This document shows positions 32,672 to 46,681 of a stretch of 64,000 bases of DNA, piece after piece. This stretch comes from Candidatus Krumholzibacteriota bacterium (GTDB taxonomy: Bacteria; Krumholzibacteriota; Krumholzibacteriia; JAJRXK01). The translations under genes and the position numbers were made by a program. Below the pieces are notes generated by a model. It was not told the origin of the DNA, did no database searches, and worked only from the letters and a program-made list of their open reading frames with translations. The first letter of the stretch is position 1, and every line of letters begins with the position of its first letter. The stretch is from the NCBI GenBank assembly GCA_963764625.1, contig CAVXTH010000005.1, positions 160,001-224,000 of the forward strand. Direction: 5' to 3'.

Positions 32672-32886
32672 AGCTACCGTTCCTCTACTTCGATTCCCTC
32701 GATCTTCGAACTTTCGAAACCGGGCCACCGCAAAGGTCGGCCCGTATCCATCCCTCTTCCATCACAAAAAATTCTCCGCCAAACGGCGAAGACCGGCCGT
32801 AAAAGGACTTTCCTAAATCCTTTGGCGGCAACGTCTTGCGAGTAGCGCCGTCGGAGCGGCTCGTCCTCGCATAAACACGGACGAGT

Positions 32887-32915
32887 AGTGTAGGGCGAAA
32901 GCCCTACCATGTCAA
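32887..32915 (-). promoter_or_regulatory. Sigma70-type promoter of the str (rpsL) operon
   Basis: TTGACA-17 nt-TACACT on the minus strand, about 215 nt upstream of rpsL. Confidence 0.75.
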
Positions 32916-32964
32916 GGTCGGCCTGACTGCCCATAGACCCCCCTCCACCCGGTTTTCCGGGGGT

Positions 32965-37107
<4,143 letters not shown>

Positions 37108-37165
37108 CTGTGTCCTATCCTCCCCCGACCAAGAGGCCGTGGCTTCGAGGTAACTTGGTTGCGAC

Positions 37166-40100
37166 CTAGCTGTTCGATTCGAGCTGCACGTCGAGGCAAA
37201 GCGACTGCAGCTCCTTCATGAGTACGTTGAATGATTCGGGGATGCCCGGCTCGGGGGGATTCTCGCCCTTCACGATGGCCTCGTAAACCTTGCTGCGGCC
37301 GGTGACGTCATCGCTCTTGACCGTGAGCATCTCCTGGAGGCAATTGGCCGCGCCGTACGCTTCCAACGCCCAAACTTCCATTTCGCCGAAGCGCTGCCCA
37401 CCGAACTGAGCCTTGCCTCCCAGCGGCTGCTGGGTCACCAGGCTATAGGGCCCGATGCTCCGCGCGTGGATCTTGTCCTCGACGAGATGACTCAGCTTCA
37501 GCATGTAGATGTAGCCAACGGTGACTTTCTCGTCGATGGCGTTGCCGCTGCGTCCGTCGTAGACCACGGCTTTCCCATCGGTGGGAAGCTGGGCGTCCTG
37601 AAGGGCCTGCTTGATCTCCGCGATGGAGCAACCGTCGAACACCGGAGTCTGCGCCGAGAAGCCCATCTCGTGCGCCGCCCATCCCAGGTGCGTCTCCAGC
37701 AACTGACCCAGGTTCATTCGGCTCGGCACCCCGAGGGGGTTGAGCACGATGTCCACCGGAGTCCCGTCCGCGAGGTAGGGCATGTCCTCCTCGCGCATGA
37801 TGCGGGAGATGACACCCTTGTTCCCGTGGCGACCGGCCATCTTGTCGCCCACCTGCAGCTTGCGGCGGCGTGCGACGTAGACCTTGACCATCTTCACCAC
37901 GCCGGGAGGGAGCTCGTCTCCGCGCTGGACCCGCTCCACGTTCTTCTGGAACTGGACCTCGAGCTTCTCCAGCTCGCGATAGGCGTTTTCGAAGATGTTG
38001 CGCACCCGCAAATCGACCGCGGAATCGGACACGAGTTGCAGACCCCAGTGGATGCGATCGAAGTCGAGTTCTTCGAGCAGCTTGGGAGTGAACTTCGTGT
38101 TGGCGCGAACCAGGACATCGGCCGAGTCTGGGTCACGAATCTGCTTGGCCGTCTGCCCGTCCATCGTCCGCCGCAGGCGGTTGTTGCGAATGTCGCGCAC
38201 CTGCCGCTGCATGGAATTCTTCTTGCGGCGCAGGCGTTCGATCGCCTGCTTCTCGCTCTTCTTCGAGCGTTCGCCGCGCTCCTGACGGCCGAAGACTTTC
38301 ACGTCGATGACGGTTCCGTCCATGCCTGGAGGAGCCTTCAGGCTCGCATCCTTCACGTCGCCAGCCTTCTCGCCGAAGATGGCGCGCAGGAGGCGCTCCT
38401 CAGGCGAGAGCTCGGTCTCACCCTTGGGGGTCACCTTTCCGACCAGGATGTCGCCGGCCTTCACCTGAGCTCCGATGTAGACGATCCCCTCTTCGTTGAG
38501 GTTGCGCAGAGCTTCCTCACCGATGTTGGGAATCTCCCGGGTGATCTCCTCGACTCCGCGCTTGGTATCGCGCACCTGCAGCTCGAATTCCTCGATGTGC
38601 AGGGAGGTGAGTCGATCCTCCTTGACCATGCGCTCGCTCACGAGAATGGCATCTTCGTAGTTGTATCCGCCCCACGGCATGAAGGCCACCAGCAGGTTGA
38701 CCCCCAGGGCGAGCTCGCCGCCCTGAGTGGCCGGCCCGTCGGCGATGACCTGGCCTTTCGTGACCCGATCGCCCCGGCGCACGATGGCCTTCTGGTTGAT
38801 ACAGGTGTCCTGATTGGAGCGACGGAATTTTTGGAGATGGTGCTCGACGATTCCCTCGACGCAGAAGAAGTCACCGGTCTCGTCGTCTTCGAGATTGTCG
38901 TAGCGAACGACCACGTTGTCACCGGTCACCGATTCCACCGTGCCGTCGTCCAGGGCACAGACCACCGCGCCCGAATCGACCGCGACCTTGTGCTCCATTC
39001 CGGTTCCGATCAGCGGTGCCTCGGTGCGCAGCAGAGGTACTGCCTGCCGCTGCATGTTACAGCCCATGAGGGCGCGGTTGGCGTCGTCGTGTTCGAGGAA
39101 GGGAATGAGCGAAGCCGCGGCGGAGACGATCTGCTTGGGCGACACGTCCATGAACGCCACGTCCTCGGGAGCCGCCACAGGGAACTCGCCCTTGATGCGC
39201 GAGAGCACTCCCTCGCGGGCAAAGCCGCCCTTTTCGTCGAGCGGAGCATTGGCCTGCGCAATGACGAAATCGTCTTCCTGCTCGGCGGAGAGGAAAATGA
39301 TCTCGTCGGTCACGTGGCCGTTCTTCACTTTGCGGTACGGGGTCTCGATGAAGCCGTAGTCGTTGATGCGCGCCAGCGTGCTCAGACTCGAGATGAGTCC
39401 GATATTCGGACCTTCCGGAGTTTCGATGGGACACATGCGGCCGTAGTGCGTGTAGTGAACGTCGCGCACCTCGAACCCAGCGCGGTCGCGGTGCAAACCT
39501 CCGGGACCGAGCGCCGACAGACGGCGCTTGTGAGTCATCTCGCTCAACGGATTGGTCTGGTCCATGAACTGGCTGAGCTGACTGCTACCGAAGAACGACT
39601 GAATGACGGCGCTCACCGTACGCGCGTTCACCAGGTCGGCCGGAGTCAGGTTGTCCTTGTCGCTCAGGTTCATGCGCTCTTTGACGATGCGCGCCATGCG
39701 CGACAGACCGACGCTGAACTGATTGGAGAGAAGCTCGCCAACCGCGCGCACGCGACGGTTACCGAAATGGTCGATGTCGTCAGTTTCGTCGCGTCCGAGC
39801 CTGAGGTTGATCATGCTCTGCACGATGGCCAAGAAGTCGGCCGCGGTGAGCACTGTGACGTCCAGGGGCACGTCCAGACCCAGGCGGCGGTTGAGCTTGT
39901 GACGTCCCACCTCGGCCAGATCGTATTTCATCTCGTTGAAGAAGAGTCGCTCGAAGAGTGCGCGCGCGGCTCCCTCGTTCGGCGGATCCCCCGGACGCAG
40001 AACGCCGTAGATGCGACGTAGCGCCTCTTCCTTGGTCTCGGTCGGATCCTTGGCCAGCGTATTCAAGATGAGGCTGGGCTCGTTGGGACCGATCGCATCC

Positions 40101-40990
40101 TTCTTGATGAGTATGATCTCCTTGATCTTCTTCTCGGAGATCTCGCTCAGCGCCTCTTCGGTAAGCCTGCCTCCCGAGGCGGCAAGGGGCTCATCGTCCT
40201 CGCCCGCGTCGGGCGCGTAGACGTCGTCCGCCACGAAGCGACCGATCAACTCCGCGTAACGCTTGGCTCGAGGCGAGGGGACTTTGACCGTCTCCACCTC
40301 GTGGAAGAGAGCGATGATGTCCACGTTTCTCTCGAAACCGAGGGCGCGCAGAAGCACCGTGACCGGCTGCTTCCGCTTGCGGTCGATGTGCACGTACATG
40401 ACATCGTTGATGTCGGTGCTGAATTCCACCCAGGATCCCCGGTAGGGAATGATGCGCGCGTTGAACAGGCGCGTTCCGTTGGGATGGATCTCGTCGTCGA
40501 AGAAGACGCCCGGGCTGCGGTGGAGCTGACTGACGATCACCCGCTCGGCCCCGTTGATCACGAAGGTACCCTTCGAAGTGATCTGGGGGAGCTCACCCAG
40601 ATAGACGGTGTGCTCCACGATCTCCTTCTGCTTCCACTCGCTTTCTCCCTCTTCCTGCTCCCTGACGATGATTCTCATCAACACCTTCAGGGGGACGGAA
40701 AAGCTGAGACCGCGCTCCTGGCATTCCTCCACCGTGTACTTGGCTTCTCCGGTGACATAGTGGAGGTACTCCAGGGTGAGATGACCCCGCGTGGAGGTAA
40801 TGGGAAAGATGTTCTGGAAAACGGACTCCAGACCTTTCGGTTTCCTCTCCGCGATGGGGACTCCCACCTGCAGGAAATTGTTGTACGACTCCAGCTGGAC
40901 AGCTAGGAGGTTGGGCATCTCGAAGCTCGTCTCGATCCTCGAGTAATCCCTGCGACCAGTGACCGGATCTGTCTTGATATTCGCCGTCAC
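37166..40990 (-). CDS. rpoB: RNA polymerase beta subunit
   Basis: [25 protein letters not shown] and [13 protein letters not shown] motifs. Confidence 0.99.
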   Translation of the reverse strand: MTANIKTDPVTGRRDYSRIETSFEMPNLLAVQLESYNNFLQVGVPIAERKPKGLESVFQNIFPITSTRGHLTLEYLHYVTGEAKYTVEECQERGLSFSVPLKVLMRIIVREQEEGESEWKQKEIVEHTVYLGELPQITSKGTFVINGAERVIVSQLHRSPGVFFDDEIHPNGTRLFNARIIPYRGSWVEFSTDINDVMYVHIDRKRKQPVTVLLRALGFERNVDIIALFHEVETVKVPSPRAKRYAELIGRFVADDVYAPDAGEDDEPLAASGGRLTEEALSEISEKKIKEIILIKKDAIGPNEPSLILNTLAKDPTETKEEALRRIYGVLRPGDPPNEGAARALFERLFFNEMKYDLAEVGRHKLNRRLGLDVPLDVTVLTAADFLAIVQSMINLRLGRDETDDIDHFGNRRVRAVGELLSNQFSVGLSRMARIVKERMNLSDKDNLTPADLVNARTVSAVIQSFFGSSQLSQFMDQTNPLSEMTHKRRLSALGPGGLHRDRAGFEVRDVHYTHYGRMCPIETPEGPNIGLISSLSTLARINDYGFIETPYRKVKNGHVTDEIIFLSAEQEDDFVIAQANAPLDEKGGFAREGVLSRIKGEFPVAAPEDVAFMDVSPKQIVSAAASLIPFLEHDDANRALMGCNMQRQAVPLLRTEAPLIGTGMEHKVAVDSGAVVCALDDGTVESVTGDNVVVRYDNLEDDETGDFFCVEGIVEHHLQKFRRSNQDTCINQKAIVRRGDRVTKGQVIADGPATQGGELALGVNLLVAFMPWGGYNYEDAILVSERMVKEDRLTSLHIEEFELQVRDTKRGVEEITREIPNIGEEALRNLNEEGIVYIGAQVKAGDILVGKVTPKGETELSPEERLLRAIFGEKAGDVKDASLKAPPGMDGTVIDVKVFGRQERGERSKKSEKQAIERLRRKKNSMQRQVRDIRNNRLRRTMDGQTAKQIRDPDSADVLVRANTKFTPKLLEELDFDRIHWGLQLVSDSAVDLRVRNIFENAYRELEKLEVQFQKNVERVQRGDELPPGVVKMVKVYVARRRKLQVGDKMAGRHGNKGVISRIMREEDMPYLADGTPVDIVLNPLGVPSRMNLGQLLETHLGWAAHEMGFSAQTPVFDGCSIAEIKQALQDAQLPTDGKAVVYDGRSGNAIDEKVTVGYIYMLKLSHLVEDKIHARSIGPYSLVTQQPLGGKAQFGGQRFGEMEVWALEAYGAANCLQEMLTVKSDDVTGRSKVYEAIVKGENPPEPGIPESFNVLMKELQSLCLDVQLESNS

Positions 40991-41098
40991 GCGCGATCCT
41001 TCCTCATGAGGGTCTCAGAGGTGGGAATGCGAACATTCTCTTCCGCTTCAGAGTTTTTCAGCCCTGGCGGGGTGTAGCTCAAAGGACATGCACGCCCG

Positions 41099-41160
41099 CC
41101 GGAGACGGATGCCCGCCTCCGGTACGTCGTGGGGATCCAGACGGACTTCCGGATGGATCC
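41099..41160 (-). terminator. Two GC-rich hairpins after rplL (terminator or attenuator candidate)
   Basis: GGATCCA...TGGATCC (41133-41160) and CCGGAG...CTCCGG (41099-41122) inverted repeats; no strong U-tract. Confidence 0.4.
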
Positions 41161-41171
41161 AATGCCCGTGG

Positions 41172-41570
41172 TTACTTGATCTCGACGGTGGCACCGACGG
41201 TTTCAAGCTGCCCCTTGATCTTCTCGGCCTCTTCCTTGGCCAAGCCCTCTTTGACGGGCTTCGGTGCGCCCTCGACCAGATCCTTGGCCTCTTTGAGGCC
41301 CAGTCCGGTGATGGTGCGCACCTCCTTGATGACCTGGATCTTCTTGTCGCCGGCCGCGGCCAGGATGACGTCGAACTCGGTCTTCTCCTCGACCGCTACC
41401 GCGGCGCCCGGCGCTGCCGCCATGGCAACAGGGACGGCGGCAGACACACCGAACTTGTCTTCCATGGCCTTGACCAGGTCACTGACTTCGAGAACCGTCA
41501 TGCTCTCGACCATCTCGAGGACCTTCGCCGCGTTCTTGGACAGCTCAAAGGTCTTGGTCTCTTCGCTCAT
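41172..41570 (-). CDS. rplL: 50S ribosomal protein L7/L12
   Basis: [10 protein letters not shown] and [22 protein letters not shown] motifs. Confidence 0.98.
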   Translation of the reverse strand: MSEETKTFELSKNAAKVLEMVESMTVLEVSDLVKAMEDKFGVSAAVPVAMAAAPGAAVAVEEKTEFDVILAAAGDKKIQVIKEVRTITGLGLKEAKDLVEGAPKPVKEGLAKEEAEKIKGQLETVGATVEIK

Positions 41571-41701
41571 TATGCTTCGTTCTCCCGTTCTTTCTCACAT
41601 GGGGCATCCGGCGCCAACCGGAAGCCGGAATAGGATTGAGCTTTCGTGACGAACCAAAATGCCCGGGGTTCGTCGACCGGGGAAGCCTTTACGGAATTCC
41701 G

Positions 41702-42226
41702 TTAGGCGGCCTCGGCCTTTTGCTTGGCCACAGCGTCGAGCACACCAACCATCTTGCGCATGACGCCGGTGAGGCACCCCACCACACCGCTCATCGGGGC
41801 CTGCATGCCCCGCATCAGCATGGCGAGGAGCTCCTCGCGACCGGGAATCTCGGAGAGCGCCTCCACCTCTCGCACTTTCAACAGCTTGCCGTCGAGGTAC
41901 CCGCCCTTGATGACCAACTTCTCGTTGATCTTCGTGAAATCCACCACGGCCTTGGCCGGCTCGATGGCCGAATCCAGGCCGAAAGCGATTCCGGTGGGTC
42001 CCTTCAGGAGTTCGGTGAGGGCCGGGCATTCGGCCGCTTCGGCGGCGCGATGGGCAAGACGGTTCTTCACGACGCGGAACTCGACACCCCGCTCGCGGCA
42101 CCTGGCCCGAAACTCGGTGATCGACTCGACGCTCAGTCCGGTGAAGTCGGCCAGGACCAGCCCCGCGCTCGCGCGCATCTTTTCGCTGAGAAGCTCGACC
42201 TCGGCTGATTTCTCGGGTCTTACCAA
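41702..42226 (-). CDS. rplJ: 50S ribosomal protein L10
   Basis: ADFTGLSV, FRVVKNRL and LKGPTGIAF motifs; TTG start at 42226 inferred. Confidence 0.95.
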   Translation of the reverse strand: MVRPEKSAEVELLSEKMRASAGLVLADFTGLSVESITEFRARCRERGVEFRVVKNRLAHRAAEAAECPALTELLKGPTGIAFGLDSAIEPAKAVVDFTKINEKLVIKGGYLDGKLLKVREVEALSEIPGREELLAMLMRGMQAPMSGVVGCLTGVMRKMVGVLDAVAKQKAEAA

Positions 42227-42239
42227 TGGACTCGCCCCC

Positions 42240-42935
42240 CTACGCCTTGACCACTTTGAGAGCATCGACCTTGATGGCCGGCCCCATGGTGGTACTGATG
42301 TGACAGGACTGCATGTAGGATCCCTTCGCCGCGGAGGGCTTGGCCCGCTGCAATTCCTTGAGAATGCTCGTGATGTTCTCCGCCAGGGCCTGTTGACTGA
42401 ACGAGCGCCGCCCGACCGGACAGTGGATGTTGCCCGCCTTGTCCACGCGGTACTCCACGCGGCCGGCTTTGGCTTCCCCCACCGCCTTGGCGACGTCCAT
42501 GGTGACCGTACCCACCTTGGGGTTGGGCATCAGTCCGCGGGGGCCGAGAATCCGTCCCAGCTTTCCCACCTGGCCCATCATGTCGGGAGTGGCGATGATC
42601 ACGTCCACGTCGGTCCAGCCTTCCTGGATCTTCTGGATGTACTCATCGCTTCCCACCATGTCCGCGCCAGCGTCCTGCGCTTCCTTCACCTTCTCGCCCT
42701 TGGTGAGGACGAGGATGGTCACGCTCTTCCCGGTTCCATTCGGCAAAACGACGGTGCCGCGAACCATTTGATCAGCGTGACGCGGATCGACTCCCAGACG
42801 CACCGCGATGTCCACGGACTCGTCGAATTTGGCCGGGGGAAACTGGCCGATCAGCTCGAGAGCTTCTTCCAGGTCGTAGGCCCGGCTGCTCTCGACGAGC
42901 CCGGCACCCTGCGACCATCTCTTGCCTCGCTTCAT
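42240..42935 (-). CDS. rplA: 50S ribosomal protein L1
   Basis: [23 protein letters not shown] and STTMGP motifs. Confidence 0.98.
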   Translation of the reverse strand: MKRGKRWSQGAGLVESSRAYDLEEALELIGQFPPAKFDESVDIAVRLGVDPRHADQMVRGTVVLPNGTGKSVTILVLTKGEKVKEAQDAGADMVGSDEYIQKIQEGWTDVDVIIATPDMMGQVGKLGRILGPRGLMPNPKVGTVTMDVAKAVGEAKAGRVEYRVDKAGNIHCPVGRRSFSQQALAENITSILKELQRAKPSAAKGSYMQSCHISTTMGPAIKVDALKVVKA

Positions 42936-42947
42936 GGGTCTCTTCCT

Positions 42948-43397
42948 CTATTCGCTTTCTTCCGGCAGGGGCTCGCCCTTGACGTCTATTCCCATGCTTC
43001 GCGCCGTGCCCATCACCATGAGCATGGCCGCTTTCAAATCGTTCGAATTCAAGTCGGGGGCTTTCAGCTCCGCGATCTCTTTGACTTGCTTACGGGTGAC
43101 CGACCCCACCTTGCCCCGGTTCGGAACTCCGGAGCCCTTCTCGATTCCCGCTGCCTTGCGCAACAGCACCGCGGCGGGAGGGGTCTTGGTCACGAAGGTG
43201 AAGGTACGGTCCTGGTAGACCGTGATCACGACGGGAATGATCATTCCCATCTGTTCCTTCGTCCGATCGTTGAAAAGCTTGCAGAAGTCCATGATGTTGA
43301 GCCCGTGCTGGCCGAGCGCGGGTCCAACCGGCGGGGCCGGATTGGCCCGTCCTGCCGGGATCTGCAGTTTGATGTTGGTCATTACCTTCTTGGCCAT
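42948..43397 (-). CDS. rplK: 50S ribosomal protein L11
   Basis: [19 protein letters not shown] and GTARSMG motifs. Confidence 0.98.
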   Translation of the reverse strand: MAKKVMTNIKLQIPAGRANPAPPVGPALGQHGLNIMDFCKLFNDRTKEQMGMIIPVVITVYQDRTFTFVTKTPPAAVLLRKAAGIEKGSGVPNRGKVGSVTRKQVKEIAELKAPDLNSNDLKAAMLMVMGTARSMGIDVKGEPLPEESE

Positions 43398-43455
43398 TAC
43401 CGTCAACTCCTGCGGCTTCTCATGCCGCCAAAAGTGCTCGCCGCCAGGTGCCGTC

Positions 43456-44112
43456 TCAGATCGACTTCACCTGCAAAAAATCCAACTCGACCGGAGTCTC
43501 GCGGCCGAAAATGGAGACCATGACTTTCAACTTGCCCTTGTCCGGGTTGATCTCGTTCACGATCCCATTGAAATCGCTGAACGGCCCGTCAATGACCTCC
43601 ACTGCGTCCCCCACGTTGTAGGGGATCTCCTGAATCGTCTTGTCCTCGGTCTTGTGGATGCGTCCGAGAATCCGGTCGACCTCTTCATCGCTGATCGCGG
43701 TGGGTTGACTCCCGCTTCCCACGAAGCGCGTGACCCCCGGAATGTTCGCGATGAAGTGCTGCGTCTCGTTGTTGAGCAGCATTTCCACCAGGATGTAGCT
43801 GGGGAAGAACTTCCGTTTGCTGGTGACGCGCTTGCCATTGCGCATCTCGGTGACCTCTTGGGTGACCACCAGGATATCCCCGAAGTACGGTTGCATCTCC
43901 TCGTTGGAGCGAATGGACTGCTCGATGTTCCGCCGGACCTTGTTCTCGTGCCCCGTGTTCGCATGGACGACGTACCATTTCAATCCAGCGGCGTGAGGGG
44001 CCGGCTGCTCCTCGGCGGAAGCCTCGGACTCGACGGCAGGGGCCTCTTGACCCTCGGCCTCCGTGGCCTCGAGCTCGTTTGCCCCCGATTCGAGCTGATC
44101 CTGATCGTTCAT
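43456..44112 (-). CDS. nusG: Transcription termination/antitermination factor NusG, with acidic N-terminal extension
   Basis: [19 protein letters not shown] motif VIDGPFSDF and [12 protein letters not shown]. Confidence 0.97.
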   Translation of the reverse strand: MNDQDQLESGANELEATEAEGQEAPAVESEASAEEQPAPHAAGLKWYVVHANTGHENKVRRNIEQSIRSNEEMQPYFGDILVVTQEVTEMRNGKRVTSKRKFFPSYILVEMLLNNETQHFIANIPGVTRFVGSGSQPTAISDEEVDRILGRIHKTEDKTIQEIPYNVGDAVEVIDGPFSDFNGIVNEINPDKGKLKVMVSIFGRETPVELDFLQVKSI

Positions 44113-44137
44113 GACGAACCTTTGTTCCTTGGCTAAG

Positions 44138-44326
44138 CTAGGATTTCAGCAGCGTGCGCCAGAGCCAGTTGAAAATCTGATCGACCAGTCCGATGAAGAC
44201 TGTCAGCAACGCCGCGGAAGCAATCACTACGATGGTCGATTCCTTTAGCTCCTCGCGCGTGGGCCAGGTGATCTTGCCCAGCTCGACGCGTACTTCTTTC
44301 AGGAACTCACCGAAACGCTTGAACAT
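44138..44326 (-). CDS. secE: Preprotein translocase SecE
   Basis: FLKEVRVELGKITWPTREE followed by one TM helix; lies between tRNA-Trp and nusG. Confidence 0.95.
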   Translation of the reverse strand: MFKRFGEFLKEVRVELGKITWPTREELKESTIVVIASAALLTVFIGLVDQIFNWLWRTLLKS

Positions 44327-44377
44327 GATGCGTCCTGGCGCGAGAACCCCAACGAAGGCTCTCGCCACTGAGAGTAA

Positions 44378-44453
44378 TGGCAGGGGTGGCAGGATTCGAA
44401 CCCGCGGCCCTCGGTTTTGGAGACCGATGCTCTACCAACTGAGCTACACCCCT
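44378..44453 (-). tRNA. tRNA-Trp (CCA)
   Basis: AGGGGTGTAGCTCAGTTGGTAGAGC...CT-CCA-AA...GGTTCGAATCC...GCCA; 76 nt with encoded CCA end. Confidence 0.96.
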
Positions 44454-44470
44454 ACAGGCCTCGCTCGGGT

Positions 44471-44623
44471 CTAGCGTGTCTCTTTATGAGGCTTGTGCGC
44501 CCTACACCAAGAGCAGTACTTCTTATACACCAGACGGTCGGGTTGACGACGCTTGTTCTTGGTCGTGGTGTAATTGCGGCGCTTGCACTGCTCGCACGCC
44601 AGGATCACGATCTCCCGCGGCAT
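44471..44623 (-). CDS. rpmG: 50S ribosomal protein L33 (Zn-binding form)
   Basis: Hand translation [50 protein letters not shown]; absent from the ORF track. Confidence 0.96.
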   Translation of the reverse strand: MPREIVILACEQCKRRNYTTTKNKRRQPDRLVYKKYCSWCRAHKPHKETR

Positions 44624-44723
44624 ATCCACGCCTCCCACGCTTTTGGATTGGACCCGATTGGATTAAGATCGGGCCCTCCAAGCAAGACTGTAGCAAACCG
44701 GGTCACTTCCTCGCGGAAGGCCC

Positions 44724-45917
44724 TTACTCGATGATTTGAGTGACGACGCCGGCGCCCACGGTACGGCCGCCTTCGCGAATCGCGAAGCGCAGTCCGTCTT
44801 CCATGGCGATCGGCGTGATCAAGTTGATGTCCATCGTCACGTTGTCTCCGGGCATTACCATCTCCCGTCCCTCGGGAAGCTCTGCCGTGCCCGTCACGTC
44901 CGTCGTCCGAAAATAGAACTGAGGACGATATCCAGTGAAGAAAGGTGTGTGACGTCCACCCTCTTCCTTCGTCAGGACGTAAACCTCACCCTTGAACTTC
45001 GTGTGCGGCGTCACGCTCCCCGGCTTACACACCACCATCCCGCGCTCCACGTCCTTCTTGTCCGTCCCACGAAGCAACAAACCCACGTTGTCCCCCGCCT
45101 GCCCCTCATCCAAAATCTTGCGGAACATCTCCACCCCGGTGCATACCGTCCGCTGCGTGTCCCGAATGCCCACGATCTCGATCTTGTCGCCCGTGTTCAC
45201 CCGGCCGCGCTCGATACGGCCCGTCGCCACCGTCCCGCGTCCGGTGATCGAGAAAATATCCTCCACCGGCATCAAAAACGGCTTGTCCAATTCACGCTGG
45301 GGAGTCGGCACGTAGGTGTCCAACGCCTCCAACAATTCGAAAATGCACTTGCACTCAGGAGAATCGGGATCCGAACTCTCCAAAGCCTTCAACGCGCTCC
45401 CCTTGATCAACGGAATCTCGTCCCCAGGGAACTCGTACACGCTCAACAACTCGCGCACCTCTAACTCCACCAACTCCAACAACTCCGGATCGTCCACCAT
45501 GTCCGTCTTGTTCAAAAACACCACGATGTACGGAACTCCCACCTGGCGAGCCAACAAAATGTGCTCCCGCGTCTGCGGCATCGGACCGTCCGCCGCACTC
45601 ACCACCAACACCGCCCCGTCCATCTGCGCCGCACCCGTGATCATGTTCTTCACGTAGTCCGCGTGACCAGGACAGTCCACGTGGGCGTAATGACGCGTCG
45701 CGCTCTGATACTCCACATGCGCCGTCGCAATCGTGATCCCGCGCTCTCGCTCCTCCGGCGCCTTGTCGATCTGATCGAACGGAGTGAAGTCCGCCAATCC
45801 CTTGGCAGCCAAAGTCTTCGTGATCGCAGCCGTCAACGTCGTCTTCCCATGATCAACGTGACCAATCGTCCCTACGTTCACGTGCTCCTTCGTTCGCTCG
45901 AACTTCTGACGAGCCAT
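44724..45917 (-). CDS. tuf: Elongation factor Tu (tRNA-operon copy)
   Basis: Near-identical direct repeat of 28314..29507. Visible protein differences are GDDIP/GDEIP and SDADS/SDPDS. Confidence 0.99.
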   Translation of the reverse strand: MARQKFERTKEHVNVGTIGHVDHGKTTLTAAITKTLAAKGLADFTPFDQIDKAPEERERGITIATAHVEYQSATRHYAHVDCPGHADYVKNMITGAAQMDGAVLVVSAADGPMPQTREHILLARQVGVPYIVVFLNKTDMVDDPELLELVELEVRELLSVYEFPGDEIPLIKGSALKALESSDPDSPECKCIFELLEALDTYVPTPQRELDKPFLMPVEDIFSITGRGTVATGRIERGRVNTGDKIEIVGIRDTQRTVCTGVEMFRKILDEGQAGDNVGLLLRGTDKKDVERGMVVCKPGSVTPHTKFKGEVYVLTKEEGGRHTPFFTGYRPQFYFRTTDVTGTAELPEGREMVMPGDNVTMDINLITPIAMEDGLRFAIREGGRTVGAGVVTQIIE

Positions 45918-45982
45918 CGTGCGTCATCCTCCTGGCGGAATGGACCCAAGGTCCTCTGGTGTGCCTACCGTAGCGTGAAAGG

Positions 45983-46058
45983 TGGAGCCCACGAGCAGAC
46001 TCGAACTGCTGACCGCTTGCTTACCATGCAAGTGCTCTACCTGCTGAGCTACGTGGGC
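45983..46058 (-). tRNA. tRNA-Thr (GGT)
   Basis: GCCCACGTAGCTCAG...AT-GGT-AA...GTTCGAGTC...CGTGGGCTCCA. Confidence 0.95.
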
Positions 46059-46103
46059 AAAAACCCCCTGAACGACCTTCACCGTGAAGGTCGAGCTTCA
46101 TAA

Positions 46104-46180
46104 TGGAGCGGGAAACGGGACTCGAACCCGCGACCCTCAGCTTGGAAGGCTGACGCTCTAGCCAACTGAGCTATTCCCGC
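46104..46180 (-). tRNA. tRNA-Gly (TCC)
   Basis: GCGGGAATAGCTCAGTTGGCTAGAGC...CT-TCC-AA...GGTTCGAGTCCCGTTTCCCGCTCCA. Confidence 0.96.
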
Positions 46181-46275
46181 CCAAGACTTCGTCACCTTCG
46201 TGGCAGGAAACCGACTGTCTGCACTAGCTTCCTGACTCTCGATACTTACCCTCCGCGTTCGCGAGGGAGCATCGG

Positions 46276-46361
46276 TGGTGGGGAGGGGAGGATTCGAACC
46301 TCCGAAGCAATTCAGCAACAGATTTACAGTCTGCCCCCTTTGACCGCTCGGGAACCTCCCC
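46276..46361 (-). tRNA. tRNA-Tyr (GTA)
   Basis: GGGGAGGTTCCCGAGCGGTCAAAGGGGGCAGACT-GTA-AATCTG; long variable arm; GGTTCGAATCC; CCA end. Confidence 0.96.
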
Positions 46362-46458
46362 CCACAGACCACGACGAGCCCCCTCCCCGGCGGCTCGTCC
46401 AAGAATGTTTGCCGGTTCAGCCAGGCGCGCGTCCCCGCGCAGCAAGATGGACTGAATC

Positions 46459-46534
46459 TGGAGCTGGCGAGAGGAATTGAACCCCCAACCGCCGCATTAC
46501 AAGTGCGGTGCTCTACCAGTTGAGCTACGCCAGC
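46459..46534 (-). tRNA. tRNA-Thr (TGT)
   Basis: GCTGGCGTAGCTCAACTGGTAGAGC...CT-TGT-AA...GGTTCAATTCC...GCCAGCTCCA. Confidence 0.95.
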
Positions 46535-46632
46535 TCTCCCAACTCCTGAAGACCAAACCCTCAAGCTAAGTTGTTGCTGGCAAAACACTTGAAAGTAGCG
46601 CCGCCTCTTTTCCAGCTCGCGGCAGAAGAAGG

Positions 46633-46662
46633 AATATAAGAGCCCCCCTGCCACTTCGTCAA
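46633..46662 (-). promoter_or_regulatory. Sigma70-type promoter of the tRNA-tuf operon
   Basis: TTGACG-18 nt-TATATT on the minus strand, about 100 nt upstream of tRNA-Thr(TGT), with an AT-rich upstream flank. Confidence 0.6.
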
Positions 46663-46681
46663 GTGAAAATACGAAAGGGCT

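Noticed and set aside
46074-46094. Palindrome CGACCTTCA-CCG-TGAAGGTCG between tRNA-Thr and tRNA-Gly
   Set aside because: Short hairpins in tRNA spacers are ordinary processing structures, and this one is single-copy.
44378-46681. Integrated element at the tRNA genes
   Set aside because: No integrase, no duplicated tRNA 3' end, and canonical core genes on both sides.
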